A stretch of 63,861 nucleotides of DNA, the filler included, from Lama guanicoe (lineage: Eukaryota): the NCBI GenBank assembly GCA_013239625.1. It is 155 parts of 155 records of this genome, joined end to end, with 100 filler letters (N's around TTAATTAATTAA, not from the genome) between each part and the next. Parts side by side here need not be neighbours in the genome. Positions count along the whole stretch, not along the records: positions 1 to 311 come from PNXV01055319.1; positions 412 to 723 come from PNXV01055320.1; positions 824 to 1,135 come from PNXV01055321.1; positions 1,236 to 1,547 come from PNXV01055322.1; positions 1,648 to 1,959 come from PNXV01055323.1; positions 2,060 to 2,371 come from PNXV01055324.1; positions 2,472 to 2,783 come from PNXV01055325.1; positions 2,884 to 3,195 come from PNXV01055326.1; 147 more parts are not named here. The stretch is one strand, 5' to 3'. Of this stretch, positions 1-11,845 are shown one piece after another. Both the position numbers and the translations under genes were made by a program. Every line of letters begins with the position of its first letter. Position 1 is the stretch's first letter. A model generated the notes under the pieces. It was given only the letters and a program-made list of their open reading frames with translations. It did not search any database and had not been told where the DNA came from.

Positions 1-311
1 AGGTACTTCCGAATGGCACTAGGAAACACACTGTGATACCATAGGGTTTGTTTCTCCTGCAACGCGTTCCCTTTGTGCTAGATGAGCGAACGTTTGTCCA
101 CATACTCATTTCCGAGAGTGAAGCATGTGTGAAAGCCATCCTTCACATAGATTGTTGGGAACACAAAGTTTCTCTTAATTTGAAAATATTACTACTTACA
201 TATATATGGGGAAGAACAAGCTCCTAATCTGTTTTATAGTGAAAACTTCAGGAACTTCAAATCGGCACTAGGAAACACACTGAGAAACAAGAGTAAGTGT
301 TTCACCTGCAA
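1..311 (+). repeat. Satellite DNA, ~249-bp monomer (1.25 copies)
   Basis: ggcactaggaaacacactg occurs at 15 and again at 264 (period 249). The fragment is collinear with contig 38753-39065. Confidence 0.85.
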
Positions 312-2883
312 NNNNNNNNNNNNNNNNNNNNNNNNNNNNNNNNNNNNNNNNNNNNTTAATTAATTAANNNNNNNNNNNNNNNNNNNNNNNNNNNNNNNNN
401 NNNNNNNNNNNTGCAGGCATTTATCCATATGACCAGGAGGTCCAGAGAACGGAAGGCACAGAACTGGAAGTCAAGAGGTATTTCTAGTCCATGCTCTGTC
501 AGAGTGGTAAACAAAGCCTTAATGACTTAAAATTTTAAATCAACAAACTTAAACAAGTTAGGTATTTACAGAGACTTGGCTCTCTCATAGTTAAATAAGG
601 ACCCCTAAGATTTACACTTCCTGGAACCCTCAATTTTGGCTTTCCATGAAGCTAGAACTCAATTTCTTATAGTATTGTGCTGTTTATAAAATTCTTCTAT
701 ATCTCTCATTTCCTTTGTTAAAANNNNNNNNNNNNNNNNNNNNNNNNNNNNNNNNNNNNNNNNNNNNTTAATTAATTAANNNNNNNNNNNNNNNNNNNNN
801 NNNNNNNNNNNNNNNNNNNNNNNCGTGAGAAATACCCTAGGCCCCAAGAAGCTTCAAAATGAAAGAATTAAGACTCTAAGACTGAACTGGCCAAAAACTC
901 ATCATCTTTTACCTTTTATCAGTGTAAATCAACTTAAATTATATGAGAGGAGAAATTGCTTCCTCGTATTTTTCATGTTGAAATATGTATAATGTAGGCT
1001 CTGCCGGGAAGAATGAATAGAGTAGGAAGATCCCCATAGTCAGTGCTCTCTAGCAGTCTGAAGAGACTCTGAGTATTAAGTACATAATGTGGAAAATTGG
1101 TCAGAGACTCCAGTTTCCATGGAAATTCATGTGTTNNNNNNNNNNNNNNNNNNNNNNNNNNNNNNNNNNNNNNNNNNNNTTAATTAATTAANNNNNNNNN
1201 NNNNNNNNNNNNNNNNNNNNNNNNNNNNNNNNNNNGTTCCGATCTGTGCCAGCACCCCACTGGAACCAAGATGTGAGCTCCACACTTCTAGCTCTTTGGG
1301 TTCATATACACATGATCAGTCATTGGCCCTACAGCGTGACACAGGCTTAGCAACTCATTCCCTAGGCCCTTCATTCTTGGCCATGCAAATACCTGGCTAT
1401 TGTGCAGAATATAAATTTTTGGCCATCACTCTCCCTTTATTCAACAGGAGTTCTTCCTTCCTACCTCATGAGCTCAGAATCATACCATCAATCCTTCTTA
1501 AAACATTTTCTTCTTTGAGTTTCATCTATATCCAGGTTTTTTTTTTTNNNNNNNNNNNNNNNNNNNNNNNNNNNNNNNNNNNNNNNNNNNNTTAATTAAT
1601 TAANNNNNNNNNNNNNNNNNNNNNNNNNNNNNNNNNNNNNNNNNNNNACATACCTTCTAAGATTAAATCATTTCAGTCTCCAGGACAGGGGTTATCATTT
1701 GGTTACTTCCTTTCTTTTACTGTTCACGTCTTCCCACCCTGACCTCGATTATCTGCAGAAGGTTTGTTCCAGAATATCATTTTCTTGGTTTCCTATTTGC
1801 CTATACATGAACTAGTCCCCTGCTGCTAATTTGGAGGCTTTCACTGGTTACCAAAGATTAATCCCACCCAACACCCAGACACACTATTCACCCAACCACT
1901 GGCCAGAATGGATCCAGATTCCTGGCTGTCATCCTTGATTTCACCAAATATTTTGACCTNNNNNNNNNNNNNNNNNNNNNNNNNNNNNNNNNNNNNNNNN
2001 NNNTTAATTAATTAANNNNNNNNNNNNNNNNNNNNNNNNNNNNNNNNNNNNNNNNNNNNGTAAATCTACATTAGCAACAGCACTGATTGTTTTCTGAGCA
2101 GAACCATTTGAGACCAAACCACAGATACGATGACTAACCCCTGAATAATTCACACATCGCCTAAACATAGGGCTGTTTTATGTAATTCCTGTACACGGAT
2201 CCCGTCCCGCCCAGGGGGTTTTCCGGTTATCAGCTCTGTCACATCATGTGACAGATTCTTCAGTTGTCCCAGTGCTGGGCTTTTTCGTAAAGTTTTTCTC
2301 CCGTTGCTGGATTCGCTCTGGGATCATATGCTGCACCCAGAGATTAGACAGCATGGATTTTTTTTTTTTTTNNNNNNNNNNNNNNNNNNNNNNNNNNNNN
2401 NNNNNNNNNNNNNNNTTAATTAATTAANNNNNNNNNNNNNNNNNNNNNNNNNNNNNNNNNNNNNNNNNNNNTAGTTCCTTTTAGGTGTACATTAAATAAA
2501 TTTTTTTAGCCACTAGTTGTTGTCATCTTTTCTATGTTAGCAAAAGCTAACTTATTTCTGAAATTTACAGCATGCAGAGGACAGCGCTGTTTTTATATTA
2601 TCCCTGCTCAGCAGTTTTGTGACTGCCCAGTGATTTTTAGGATGACAGTGACACAGGCTTGTATCAGTCAGAGGTGGAAGATTTAGTGTCCAGGCTCTTA
2701 TTTAAGAAGTATATGGAAGGATCTTTCTCTTTTAAAATGTTGCATCCTAGAATTCTTTCACTGCAAGCTACCTGAGAGGAGTGNNNNNNNNNNNNNNNNN
2801 NNNNNNNNNNNNNNNNNNNNNNNNNNNTTAATTAATTAANNNNNNNNNNNNNNNNNNNNNNNNNNNNNNNNNNNNNNNNNNNN

Positions 2884-3195
2884 ACCTGGAATGTATCAGT
2901 GCAGGAGCCAAAGAGGTGATTGCTCCCTCCTGCCATCATTCCATCACTTGTGGAATTTATGCTTCCCATTCCCTCAAACTGAGGTTCTGTTAAATTGTAG
3001 GTCCTAGACTTGGGGTGCAACTTCAGAAGTTACTCCTGGGAGCAACCATTGGCCAAAGGGAACTGGGACTAGTGGGGAAATTCTTCTTTCTACTGATCTT
3101 AATTTTAGATAATTCTGGGAGGTAATTTACATGCTTCTTAGGAATCCCAGCAAAATTGTCCTCCAGTGACACACAAAGACAGCCTTGATATGAAA
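2884..3195. mobile_element. Degenerate ERVL-type relic (ERV3-16A3/LTR16-like)
   Basis: Motifs such as cacttgtggaatttatgcttcccattccctcaaactgaggttctg and gggaggtaatttacatgcttcttaggaatcccagc resemble ancient ERVL consensus (from recall). Confidence 0.4.
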
Positions 3196-3299
3196 NNNNN
3201 NNNNNNNNNNNNNNNNNNNNNNNNNNNNNNNNNNNNNNNTTAATTAATTAANNNNNNNNNNNNNNNNNNNNNNNNNNNNNNNNNNNNNNNNNNNNAGTG

Positions 3300-3470
3300 G
3301 AAGGAAGGGGACTTCAGACTGGGAGTCAGAACTAGTCGGGTTCCGGGTCTGCCTCAGAGGCTAACTTGCTGGAAATGTTGCGCGAGTCACACCCCCTCTT
3401 GCATCCCCTCTCTGAGCTTGTGTCCACATCTGGTATGTGATGCTCTGAAGTTCAGTGAGATTGGGCAGGT
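3300..3470 (+). mobile_element. MIR SINE fragment
   Basis: cagactgggagtcagaactagtcgggttccgggtctgcct...ctctctgagcttgtgtccacatctg follows the MIR head and core pattern. Confidence 0.55.
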
Positions 3471-3766
3471 CCTTCAAGAGGGGAGCCCTGGGGAGGGTTG
3501 AGTCAGTGGGAGGCCACCGTTTAGAGGGCTGGTGCCTCGCAGAGGTGGCAGGATGTGTGGGCAGTGCTTGGAAAGGCTGAGAGAGATGGGGGTCCTAGGA
3601 ACAGAGANNNNNNNNNNNNNNNNNNNNNNNNNNNNNNNNNNNNNNNNNNNNTTAATTAATTAANNNNNNNNNNNNNNNNNNNNNNNNNNNNNNNNNNNNN
3701 NNNNNNNAAGCTTGGACTGGCTGCGGATGGAGAGGAAAAGAAGGAGAGGAAAAATCTCCAACAGGT

Positions 3767-3940
3767 CAGTGATTTCCAAGGCATGTCTCATTACTGGCTA
3801 CATTAGCACTGCCTGGGAATTTGTTAATGCAGAGTAAATGCAAATGACTGGGTTTCATCTCAGATCCACTGGGCCAGAACTCTGGGGGCGGGGTCCATCA
3901 TTCGGGCTTAACAAGCCTGCCAAGTGATTCTGATGTAGCC
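3767..3940 (+). mobile_element. MER5A-like hAT-Charlie DNA transposon, interrupted near its 3' end
   Basis: Starts with cagtg and contains cctgggaatttgtta...aaatgcaaat...gaactctgggggcggggtcc...ttaacaagcctgccaagtgattctgatg. Confidence 0.8.
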
Positions 3941-3943
3941 TCC

Positions 3944-4019
3944 TGTTGCCGGTAGATGTAGGGTAGATGCAGCTGGTGTCCAGGTCCTTGTCCCACCCCA
4001 GAAAGAATTCAGAGGCAAG
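3944..4019. mobile_element. ERV1-type LTR terminus inserted into MER5A
   Basis: Abrupt TGTTGCCGG start followed by ggtgtccaggtccttg...cagaaagaattcagaggcaag, typical of MER4/MER41-group LTR ends. Confidence 0.55.
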
Positions 4020-5767
4020 NNNNNNNNNNNNNNNNNNNNNNNNNNNNNNNNNNNNNNNNNNNNTTAATTAATTAANNNNNNNNNNNNNNNNNNNNNNNNN
4101 NNNNNNNNNNNNNNNNNNNGATCTTTCCCAGACGACTAGTGACAATGGTTGCCAAGTCAGAGGTGGAGTGGAGACTGGCTAGACAAAACGCACAAGCAGC
4201 AACAGTAATGAAAGTCGACATTTACGAAAAGGGTGAAAAGAGCTCCCACGTGTGACTCAGCCCTGAAGACAGCACTGGGTGACAGCTCAATAAAATCCAG
4301 GCAAGGCCCCTGTCAAACACCGTGTCCTGGCCCCTGGTACATAGTTCCCAAATCAAAAGTTGTAAATGGTGATCAGATGCTGAGTTTAGCCTGAAAAACT
4401 TGCCAAGATATCAGAATATCATGCAGTAGTCNNNNNNNNNNNNNNNNNNNNNNNNNNNNNNNNNNNNNNNNNNNNTTAATTAATTAANNNNNNNNNNNNN
4501 NNNNNNNNNNNNNNNNNNNNNNNNNNNNNNNAAAAAAAAAGGACTTTTCTTATGATTTATTTGTATTTCCAGTTCTGTTCTGGTGACCTGCTGCTTCTTG
4601 GGTGGACGTTCTGATTAGAGTAAAATGAAGGCGTGAACCGGCACAATAAGGAAGAATATACTTTTAGCCTCTTCCCCTCTCATTCTGCCCCCTTTGGCTT
4701 TGTTCTGCTAACTCTTAAGCCACCAGCCCCTTCAGCATAGTTAACACCCAGGTGCACCCACAGGCCTCACTCACCCTGCGCCAGACCTTTGCCATCATGT
4801 ATCCACCAGCCAGGAAGTGCTATTTCATCAGAGCTCAGTTTCTNNNNNNNNNNNNNNNNNNNNNNNNNNNNNNNNNNNNNNNNNNNNTTAATTAATTAAN
4901 NNNNNNNNNNNNNNNNNNNNNNNNNNNNNNNNNNNNNNNNNNNTGTCTTCTGAAGTATTCAAAGTAAAAAGTAAAATATCAATTATAATTAGCTAACAAA
5001 ATTTTTGAAATTATTATTTTTATAAACTCAACTATTTAACGATCTGAAAACATAATAGGATATTATTAATCTTTTTTAAAATAAAAATATTCATCATACT
5101 AGCATTCAATATCTAATCGTCCATGTAAAGAATCAGTATCACTCTTCATGTATGTTACACCTAGCTCAAACTACATACATACAAATTTGAAAATAATACA
5201 AATTGCTTAATGTTGCAAAAACTCCCCAGTCACCACGGCAGTTTGGGGGGACTCCNNNNNNNNNNNNNNNNNNNNNNNNNNNNNNNNNNNNNNNNNNNNT
5301 TAATTAATTAANNNNNNNNNNNNNNNNNNNNNNNNNNNNNNNNNNNNNNNNNNNNGCCCAGAGGCCAGATCCGGCCGGCCCTCCCCCCGAGAGTGGGGAC
5401 TTGCTGCAGGCCATCTTTAAACTACGCTGGCCCTGATGGAACTCCCTCTGAAGTCAGGAGAGGCAGCCTGGCCGACCGCAAGTCCATACTCACTCTACGC
5501 GGCTTCCTGGACCAGACGGTATACGTAGTCTTAAAGACAGTGTGTTTATTTTTTATATCAATCAATTTGAAATAATATAATTAGAAGAGAAACTCGGCAG
5601 AATTCTTAGCCAAATGATAAAAAAGGAACATCCATAATTTAATACCATCTTTGTTAATTTCATTTTANNNNNNNNNNNNNNNNNNNNNNNNNNNNNNNNN
5701 NNNNNNNNNNNTTAATTAATTAANNNNNNNNNNNNNNNNNNNNNNNNNNNNNNNNNNNNNNNNNNNN

Positions 5768-6079
5768 AAAGGAGGGAAATAAGCCCTACCAGATATTCAG
5801 ATATATTATAAAGTTATAGTAACTATAATACTGTGGTTCCTACTTAATAAGAGACTGGCAGGACAATGGAACAGAATAGGACGGCCCACGAACAGACCCC
5901 CAAACATGCAGCACTTTACACATAATGCAGTAAGTGATATAGGTATCATTTCCAATCTATGTGGAAAATAGATCAACAAATAGTATTGATAGCCACTTAG
6001 AAAAATAATAATTCTAGATGCTCATTTCACTCCTTATACTAAAATACATGTCAAAGGGATTATAAAAAATGTACAAATG
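5768..6079 (+). mobile_element. Old L1 ORF2 fragment (post-RT region), degenerate
   Basis: Encodes LPDIQIYYKVIVTIILW...QWNRI, matching L1 ORF2 LPDFKLYYKATV...WYW...DQWNRIE. Confidence 0.8.
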
Positions 6080-6591
6080 NNNNNNNNNNNNNNNNNNNNN
6101 NNNNNNNNNNNNNNNNNNNNNNNTTAATTAATTAANNNNNNNNNNNNNNNNNNNNNNNNNNNNNNNNNNNNNNNNNNNNTTTATTGTCAACCCAATCTAC
6201 TTATTCTTTTATTATAATATTCAATCATTTCAAACATATTTTTGTAATTCTTTTTCTTTTATTAAACATTAAAAACTGCCTCCCTATAAATAAAAATCCA
6301 TATGTTAAAATTATGACTTTTTAAAATGAAATGAGTTTTGAAAGCTAAGTAATTATTATTACCTTTAATTGAAAGCTAAATATGGGCTGAGATTTAAGCT
6401 AATAATTTGCGTTTCTTATATAATCCTCAAAGCAACTCAATGAGTTTACCACTGTTACTATGCCCAACAAATGAGGATAGATCAAGACTTANNNNNNNNN
6501 NNNNNNNNNNNNNNNNNNNNNNNNNNNNNNNNNNNTTAATTAATTAANNNNNNNNNNNNNNNNNNNNNNNNNNNNNNNNNNNNNNNNNNNN

Positions 6592-6903
6592 ATTATACCA
6601 ACAAGCTTAAGCTAGCTTTAAAATCAGATATCAAGTTAATAGTGAATATTTCCTAGATCACATGAACTTGAAATTTCTTCTCTCTAGCTTCTTTTATACT
6701 TAGAAATATTTAGTTCGTAAGCACTTACTTTTAAGTCAATTAATACGGTTTGCCCACAAGTTAATTTTTACATCAAGAAAGAACCAGAGATCTCAGTTTT
6801 TTCACTTGAGTTTAAAAAAATTTTTTTTCTTTTTCCCTTGAGAGCCCAGGTAGATCATTTACATCTAAAAGGCACAGGAAGAGAAATGAAAATTCTTCCT
6901 CTA
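6592..6903. mobile_element. Possible ERV1 internal (MER4-group-like) AT-rich fragment
   Basis: Motifs cctagatcacatgaacttgaaa and aagcacttacttttaagtcaattaa. Recall-based only. Confidence 0.35.
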
Positions 6904-7415
6904 NNNNNNNNNNNNNNNNNNNNNNNNNNNNNNNNNNNNNNNNNNNNTTAATTAATTAANNNNNNNNNNNNNNNNNNNNNNNNNNNNNNNNNNNNNNNNN
7001 NNNCCTTTTCCTCACTTAAGCACTTTTCTTCCCTTCTCCCTTCTCCAGCACTTTCCTTCCATTTCCTCGTTTCCTCGGTTGAGAAAGAAAGCAGCTTTTG
7101 CTGTGTCCCTCTGCTTCAGCTGTGAATTCTTTCCAGCTGGCAGGGAAGATCCCACCTTTTGTGGGGTCTCCATCCTAAGGAGGAGTCTTCTGCTGCTGAC
7201 AGTTGGCTTTACCTTCCAAGTCTTTGCAGTTTAAATAGACAGCAGTTAAATGTGACTGGGGGTGGTGGGATGAATTTAAAGAGCAAATGCTCCATTACCT
7301 TCGTTTATCCAGCAGNNNNNNNNNNNNNNNNNNNNNNNNNNNNNNNNNNNNNNNNNNNNTTAATTAATTAANNNNNNNNNNNNNNNNNNNNNNNNNNNNN
7401 NNNNNNNNNNNNNNN

Positions 7416-7727
7416 TTTTTTTTATACATTGTAGTTGTGTTGCTTATTTCTCTGTCCTTATGTTGCCCCTTCCCCCTCCCCTCTGTGCACTGGTAACCAC
7501 TAATATTATCAGTCTATCTGTGTTCTGTTTCTCTTTTGTTACATTTATCTCTCCTTCAATTCTAAATGGTAAATTTTTTTGGGTAGTGTCTCCTACTTTG
7601 TAGACTTTTTCCGTGCAGCATTTGAAATGTAGGATGACTCTCTTGTCCAGACTGCAGGGTGTTTACAGAAAAATCAACTGATAACTTTGTGTTGGTTCCT
7701 TGTATGTGACTCTTTAATGTTCTCTTT
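7416..7727 (-). mobile_element. L1 fragments (3' UTR plus ORF1-region pieces)
   Basis: cccctccctctgtgcactggtaaccactaa is an antisense L1 3' UTR motif. gactgcagggtgtttacagaaaaatcaactgataac...ttgtatgtgact is antisense ORF1. Confidence 0.65.
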
Positions 7728-7914
7728 NNNNNNNNNNNNNNNNNNNNNNNNNNNNNNNNNNNNNNNNNNNNTTAATTAATTAANNNNNNNNNNNNNNNNN
7801 NNNNNNNNNNNNNNNNNNNNNNNNNNNTTCTTGGCACCTCCCTTGATTTCAGTTATTTTTCTTTTAGCTAAAAAACCGCCTGGCCCATTAGGGTAAACTT
7901 TTTTCCCCCAGGAG

Positions 7915-8135
7915 GGTGGATGGCTAGTTGTTAAAAACATGAGCTCTATCTACAGTCTAACAGAAGCCATTCAAATCTCCCCAACTTTGCACAAGCCAGT
8001 TTTCTATGTCCTTCATCTGTAACGGGGGTTCATAATAATAATATATGCTTGACCTGGGGCTGTTGTGAGGCGTAACTGAAGTAACGTCTGAAAAGCACAT
8101 GCCTAACACAGAGTAGACATCCAGTTAAAAATCTG
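7915..8135 (+). mobile_element. MIR SINE
   Basis: ccttcatctgtaacggggg...ataataata...gggctgttgtgagg...aaagcac...gcctaacacagagtag matches the MIR core. Confidence 0.75.
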
Positions 8136-8239
8136 CTAANNNNNNNNNNNNNNNNNNNNNNNNNNNNNNNNNNNNNNNNNNNNTTAATTAATTAANNNNN
8201 NNNNNNNNNNNNNNNNNNNNNNNNNNNNNNNNNNNNNNN

Positions 8240-8549
8240 TCCAGTCAAAAGACATAGAATGGCAGACTGGATAATAAAGCGAGAACCTTCAATCTGCTGC
8301 ATACAAGAGACCCACTTTAGGGAGAAGGAACCCTACTGCAAAATGACACCTGCACCCCGATGTTCATAGCAGCCCTATTTACAGTGGCCAGGACATGGAA
8401 ACAGCCTAAATATCCATCAAACAGATGACTGGATGGAGAAGATGTGGTAAATTTGTACAATGGAATACTATTCAGCCATAAAAACCGACAACACAATGCC
8501 GTTTACAGCAACTCGGACATTCCTGGAGAATGTCATTCTAAGTGAAGTA
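8240..8549 (+). mobile_element. L1 with the ORF2 endonuclease start fused to the ORF2 C-terminal region (junction ~8328)
   Basis: PVKRHRMADWIIKREPSICCIQETHFREK is joined directly, out of frame, to TLLQNDTCTPMFIAALFTVARTWKQPKYPS. Confidence 0.85.
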
Positions 8550-8649
8550 NNNNNNNNNNNNNNNNNNNNNNNNNNNNNNNNNNNNNNNNNNNNTTAATTA
8601 ATTAANNNNNNNNNNNNNNNNNNNNNNNNNNNNNNNNNNNNNNNNNNNN

Positions 8650-8915
8650 TCACAAAAAAGACAAATCACTAGCGAAACTTACCTGCAGAACAAGAGGGAG
8701 AAATCTCAACTACACAAAATAAGAAATGACAAGGAAGAAGCAATCATGGATACAATGCATGAAAAGATCTTAAAAGATTTTTTTTCAACTTGATACAAAT
8801 GCATTTGAAAGAGAAGCAAATAATCTCCTAGGAAATACAACTTATCAAAATTTACTCTCGTAGAGACAGAAAATATAAACAGAACAACTCTCACACGAGA
8901 AAAAGAAAATATCAA
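8650..8915 (+). mobile_element. Old L1 ORF2 fragment (EN-RT linker)
   Basis: Encodes KIRNDKEEAIMDT and FLGKYNLSKFTLVETENINR-like motifs, with stops and frameshifts. Confidence 0.7.
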
Positions 8916-9061
8916 GCTTGCCTGAGCAGTAAAATGAGCACCTCTAAATCTTTCATCTAGGNNNNNNNNNNNNNNNNNNNNNNNNNNNNNNNNNNNNNNN
9001 NNNNNTTAATTAATTAANNNNNNNNNNNNNNNNNNNNNNNNNNNNNNNNNNNNNNNNNNNN

Positions 9062-9373
9062 GTACACTGTTGGTGGGAATGCAAATTGGTGCAGCCACCA
9101 TGGAAAACAACATGGAGGTTTCTCAAAAGCCTAAAAATAGAAGCACCATGTGACCCAGCAGTTCCACTCCTGGGCATATATCAGAGAAAAACAAAAGCAT
9201 TAATTCAAAAAGATACATCCACTGTGCTATTAATAGCAGCACTATTTTCAATGGCCAAGAGGTGGGAGCATCCTGAGTGCACATCAATAGATGAATGGGT
9301 AAAAAAGATGCAGCATACATGTGCAATGGAATACAACTCACCCATAAAAAAGAAGGATATTTTGCCATTTGCG
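9062..9373 (+). mobile_element. L1 ORF2 C-terminal (cysteine-rich region) fragment
   Basis: [12 protein letters not shown] / [23 protein letters not shown]...IAALFSMAKRW...DEWVKKM...MEYNSPIKKKDILPFA. Confidence 0.95.
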
Positions 9374-9473
9374 NNNNNNNNNNNNNNNNNNNNNNNNNNN
9401 NNNNNNNNNNNNNNNNNTTAATTAATTAANNNNNNNNNNNNNNNNNNNNNNNNNNNNNNNNNNNNNNNNNNNN

Positions 9474-9785
9474 ATTTACTCATTCCAAAAGGTAGTTGAG
9501 TTCATCAAAAAGATACAAATGTTATTTTATAATCATTGTCACATAAGATACACATAAAAATGAAAGTATTAAGAGAAGTTAAATAAAAATTTCATTTCCT
9601 AGATGGGGAACAGAAGATTCTTAGCGTAGCAAAATTATTCTGTATGATACCGTAATGATGGATACGACACAAAGAGTGACGCATAATGTGAGCTCTGGAG
9701 TTTGAGTGATGATGACATGTCAGTGTGGGTTCATTGACTGCAACAAGTGCACCACTCTAGTGGGGGCTGTGGATATAAATGAGGA
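9474..9785 (+). repeat. Copy A of a duplicated 312-bp segment; contains an old L1MC-like 3' end (~9600-9785)
   Basis: Ungapped match to 9886-10197 with 14 substitutions by manual count. Confidence 0.9.
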
Positions 9786-9885
9786 NNNNNNNNNNNNNNN
9801 NNNNNNNNNNNNNNNNNNNNNNNNNNNNNTTAATTAATTAANNNNNNNNNNNNNNNNNNNNNNNNNNNNNNNNNNNNNNNNNNNN

Positions 9886-10197
9886 ATTTACTCATTCCAA
9901 AAGGTAGTTGAGTTCATCAAAAAGATACAAATGTAATTTTATAATCATTATCACATAAGATACATGTAAAAATGAAAGTATTAAGAGAAGTTAAATAAAA
10001 ATTTCATTTTCTAGATGGGGAACAGAAGATTCTTAGAGTAGCAAAATTATTCTGTATGATACCGTAATGATGGATGCGACACCAAGAGTGACGCATAATG
10101 TCAACTCTGGAGTTTGAGTGATGATGACGTGTCAGTGTGGGTTCATCAACTGCAACGAGTGCACCACTCTAGTGGGGGCTGTGGATATAAATGAGGA
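9886..10197 (+). repeat. Copy B of the duplicated 312-bp segment
   Basis: Same start (atttactcattcc) and same end (ggatataaatgagga) as 9474-9785. Confidence 0.9.
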
Positions 10198-10779
10198 NNN
10201 NNNNNNNNNNNNNNNNNNNNNNNNNNNNNNNNNNNNNNNNNTTAATTAATTAANNNNNNNNNNNNNNNNNNNNNNNNNNNNNNNNNNNNNNNNNNNNTTC
10301 AGAGCTTTGTATAATTACAGAGAAAATCTCATTGGTTATGTGAATCCCACGGCCCTCCCAGATTCATGGAGAGGGGAAGAGACTATGCAAGGCTGTGAAT
10401 ATCAGGAATGTAATAAAGTACTACAGTAGCAGTAGAAAATCTAGAGAACAGTGATAAATAAATGGACAAAGAAATAAAAATGTCCCCTTATCTCAATATC
10501 ATTAGATAAACATAATTTACTTCTTGATGTATAAACTTTTAGAACTTTTCCATAAAATAAAAGAATATTAATTATGTATAATAAGTAGATTATGTGTGAG
10601 ATAAGAATTNNNNNNNNNNNNNNNNNNNNNNNNNNNNNNNNNNNNNNNNNNNNTTAATTAATTAANNNNNNNNNNNNNNNNNNNNNNNNNNNNNNNNNNN
10701 NNNNNNNNNCCAATTTAGCTGTCTCTTCCACTGTTGAGGTTACTAACATCTCTCAACTGAGACAATGAAAAATATCTCA

Positions 10780-11021
10780 CAGTTAATCTCCATGTTTTCA
10801 GTCTTTCCCCTACTATCCATCCTTCACATAGGAGTCAGAGTAGGTTTGGAATACATTTCAATCCGATAATGTTATTAATCTAGTGCTATCTCAGCATCCT
10901 TAGCAAGGCATCCAGATGACCTCTCATGGCCCAGGAGAGTCTATGTGTTCTTTCCTTGGCTTACCTTCCCAGCTCAGGTCTGTTTCTCTGTTTGCCCTTC
11001 ACTCCCTTGAACACGAAGTTT
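10780..11021 (+). mobile_element. L2 LINE fragment
   Basis: ttcccctactatccatccttcacataggagtcagagt...atccgataatgtta resembles the L2 3' region. Confidence 0.5.
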
Positions 11022-11754
11022 NNNNNNNNNNNNNNNNNNNNNNNNNNNNNNNNNNNNNNNNNNNNTTAATTAATTAANNNNNNNNNNNNNNNNNNNNNNN
11101 NNNNNNNNNNNNNNNNNNNNNAAACAAAAATCACTGATGGTTAAATTATCTCAAATTACATTTATAAAAACATCTCTATTTGTATAAATTATTACCAAAA
11201 TTTGCTACATGAACACTAAAAGTGTGCCTGAATGAGATTTTATGTCATATAAACTATAAATATGATATGAAGGTCAGAAGCACATGTTCAGTGTTAAGGG
11301 TTATTATTCCAAATTCATGTTGAGGTGAGAATTAAAAATTCACGTGAGCCTTGGGTGGGGCAAAGGTTCTTGACTATGACAGCAAAAGTACAGGCTGTAC
11401 ATGCACATATACATACATACACACACATATACANNNNNNNNNNNNNNNNNNNNNNNNNNNNNNNNNNNNNNNNNNNNTTAATTAATTAANNNNNNNNNNN
11501 NNNNNNNNNNNNNNNNNNNNNNNNNNNNNNNNNTAAAGTAAGACAGCGACGGTGGGATAAAAGGAAGGGGGAGGTTCCATAGATGTTACAAAGCAAATCG
11601 CTAGCACTAGTCTTAGAAGTAGGGAATGGGTGTGAGGCATACATAACGATTTATTTTTTGGTAAAAATAACTAGTCAACCCGGTAACTCTTATTTCCAAA
11701 TTAAAATGGGTTTTGCTCAGTTACTTACTTTGCATTCCTTACAGAAAGCCAGTT

Positions 11755-11845
11755 TATTAACTATTATATATAAAGTAGATAAACAAGAAGTTCATCCTGT
11801 ATAGCACAGGGAGCTATATTCAATATCTTGTAGTAACCTATAATG
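11755..11845 (+). mobile_element. 5'-truncated artiodactyl-type L1 3' UTR
   Basis: tatatataaagtagataaacaagaagttcatcctgtatagcacagggagctatattcaatatcttgtagtaacctataatg. Confidence 0.85.

Noticed and set aside
1..311. CENP-B box in the satellite
   Set aside because: No TTCG-n4-A-n2-CGGG match seen in either satellite contig.
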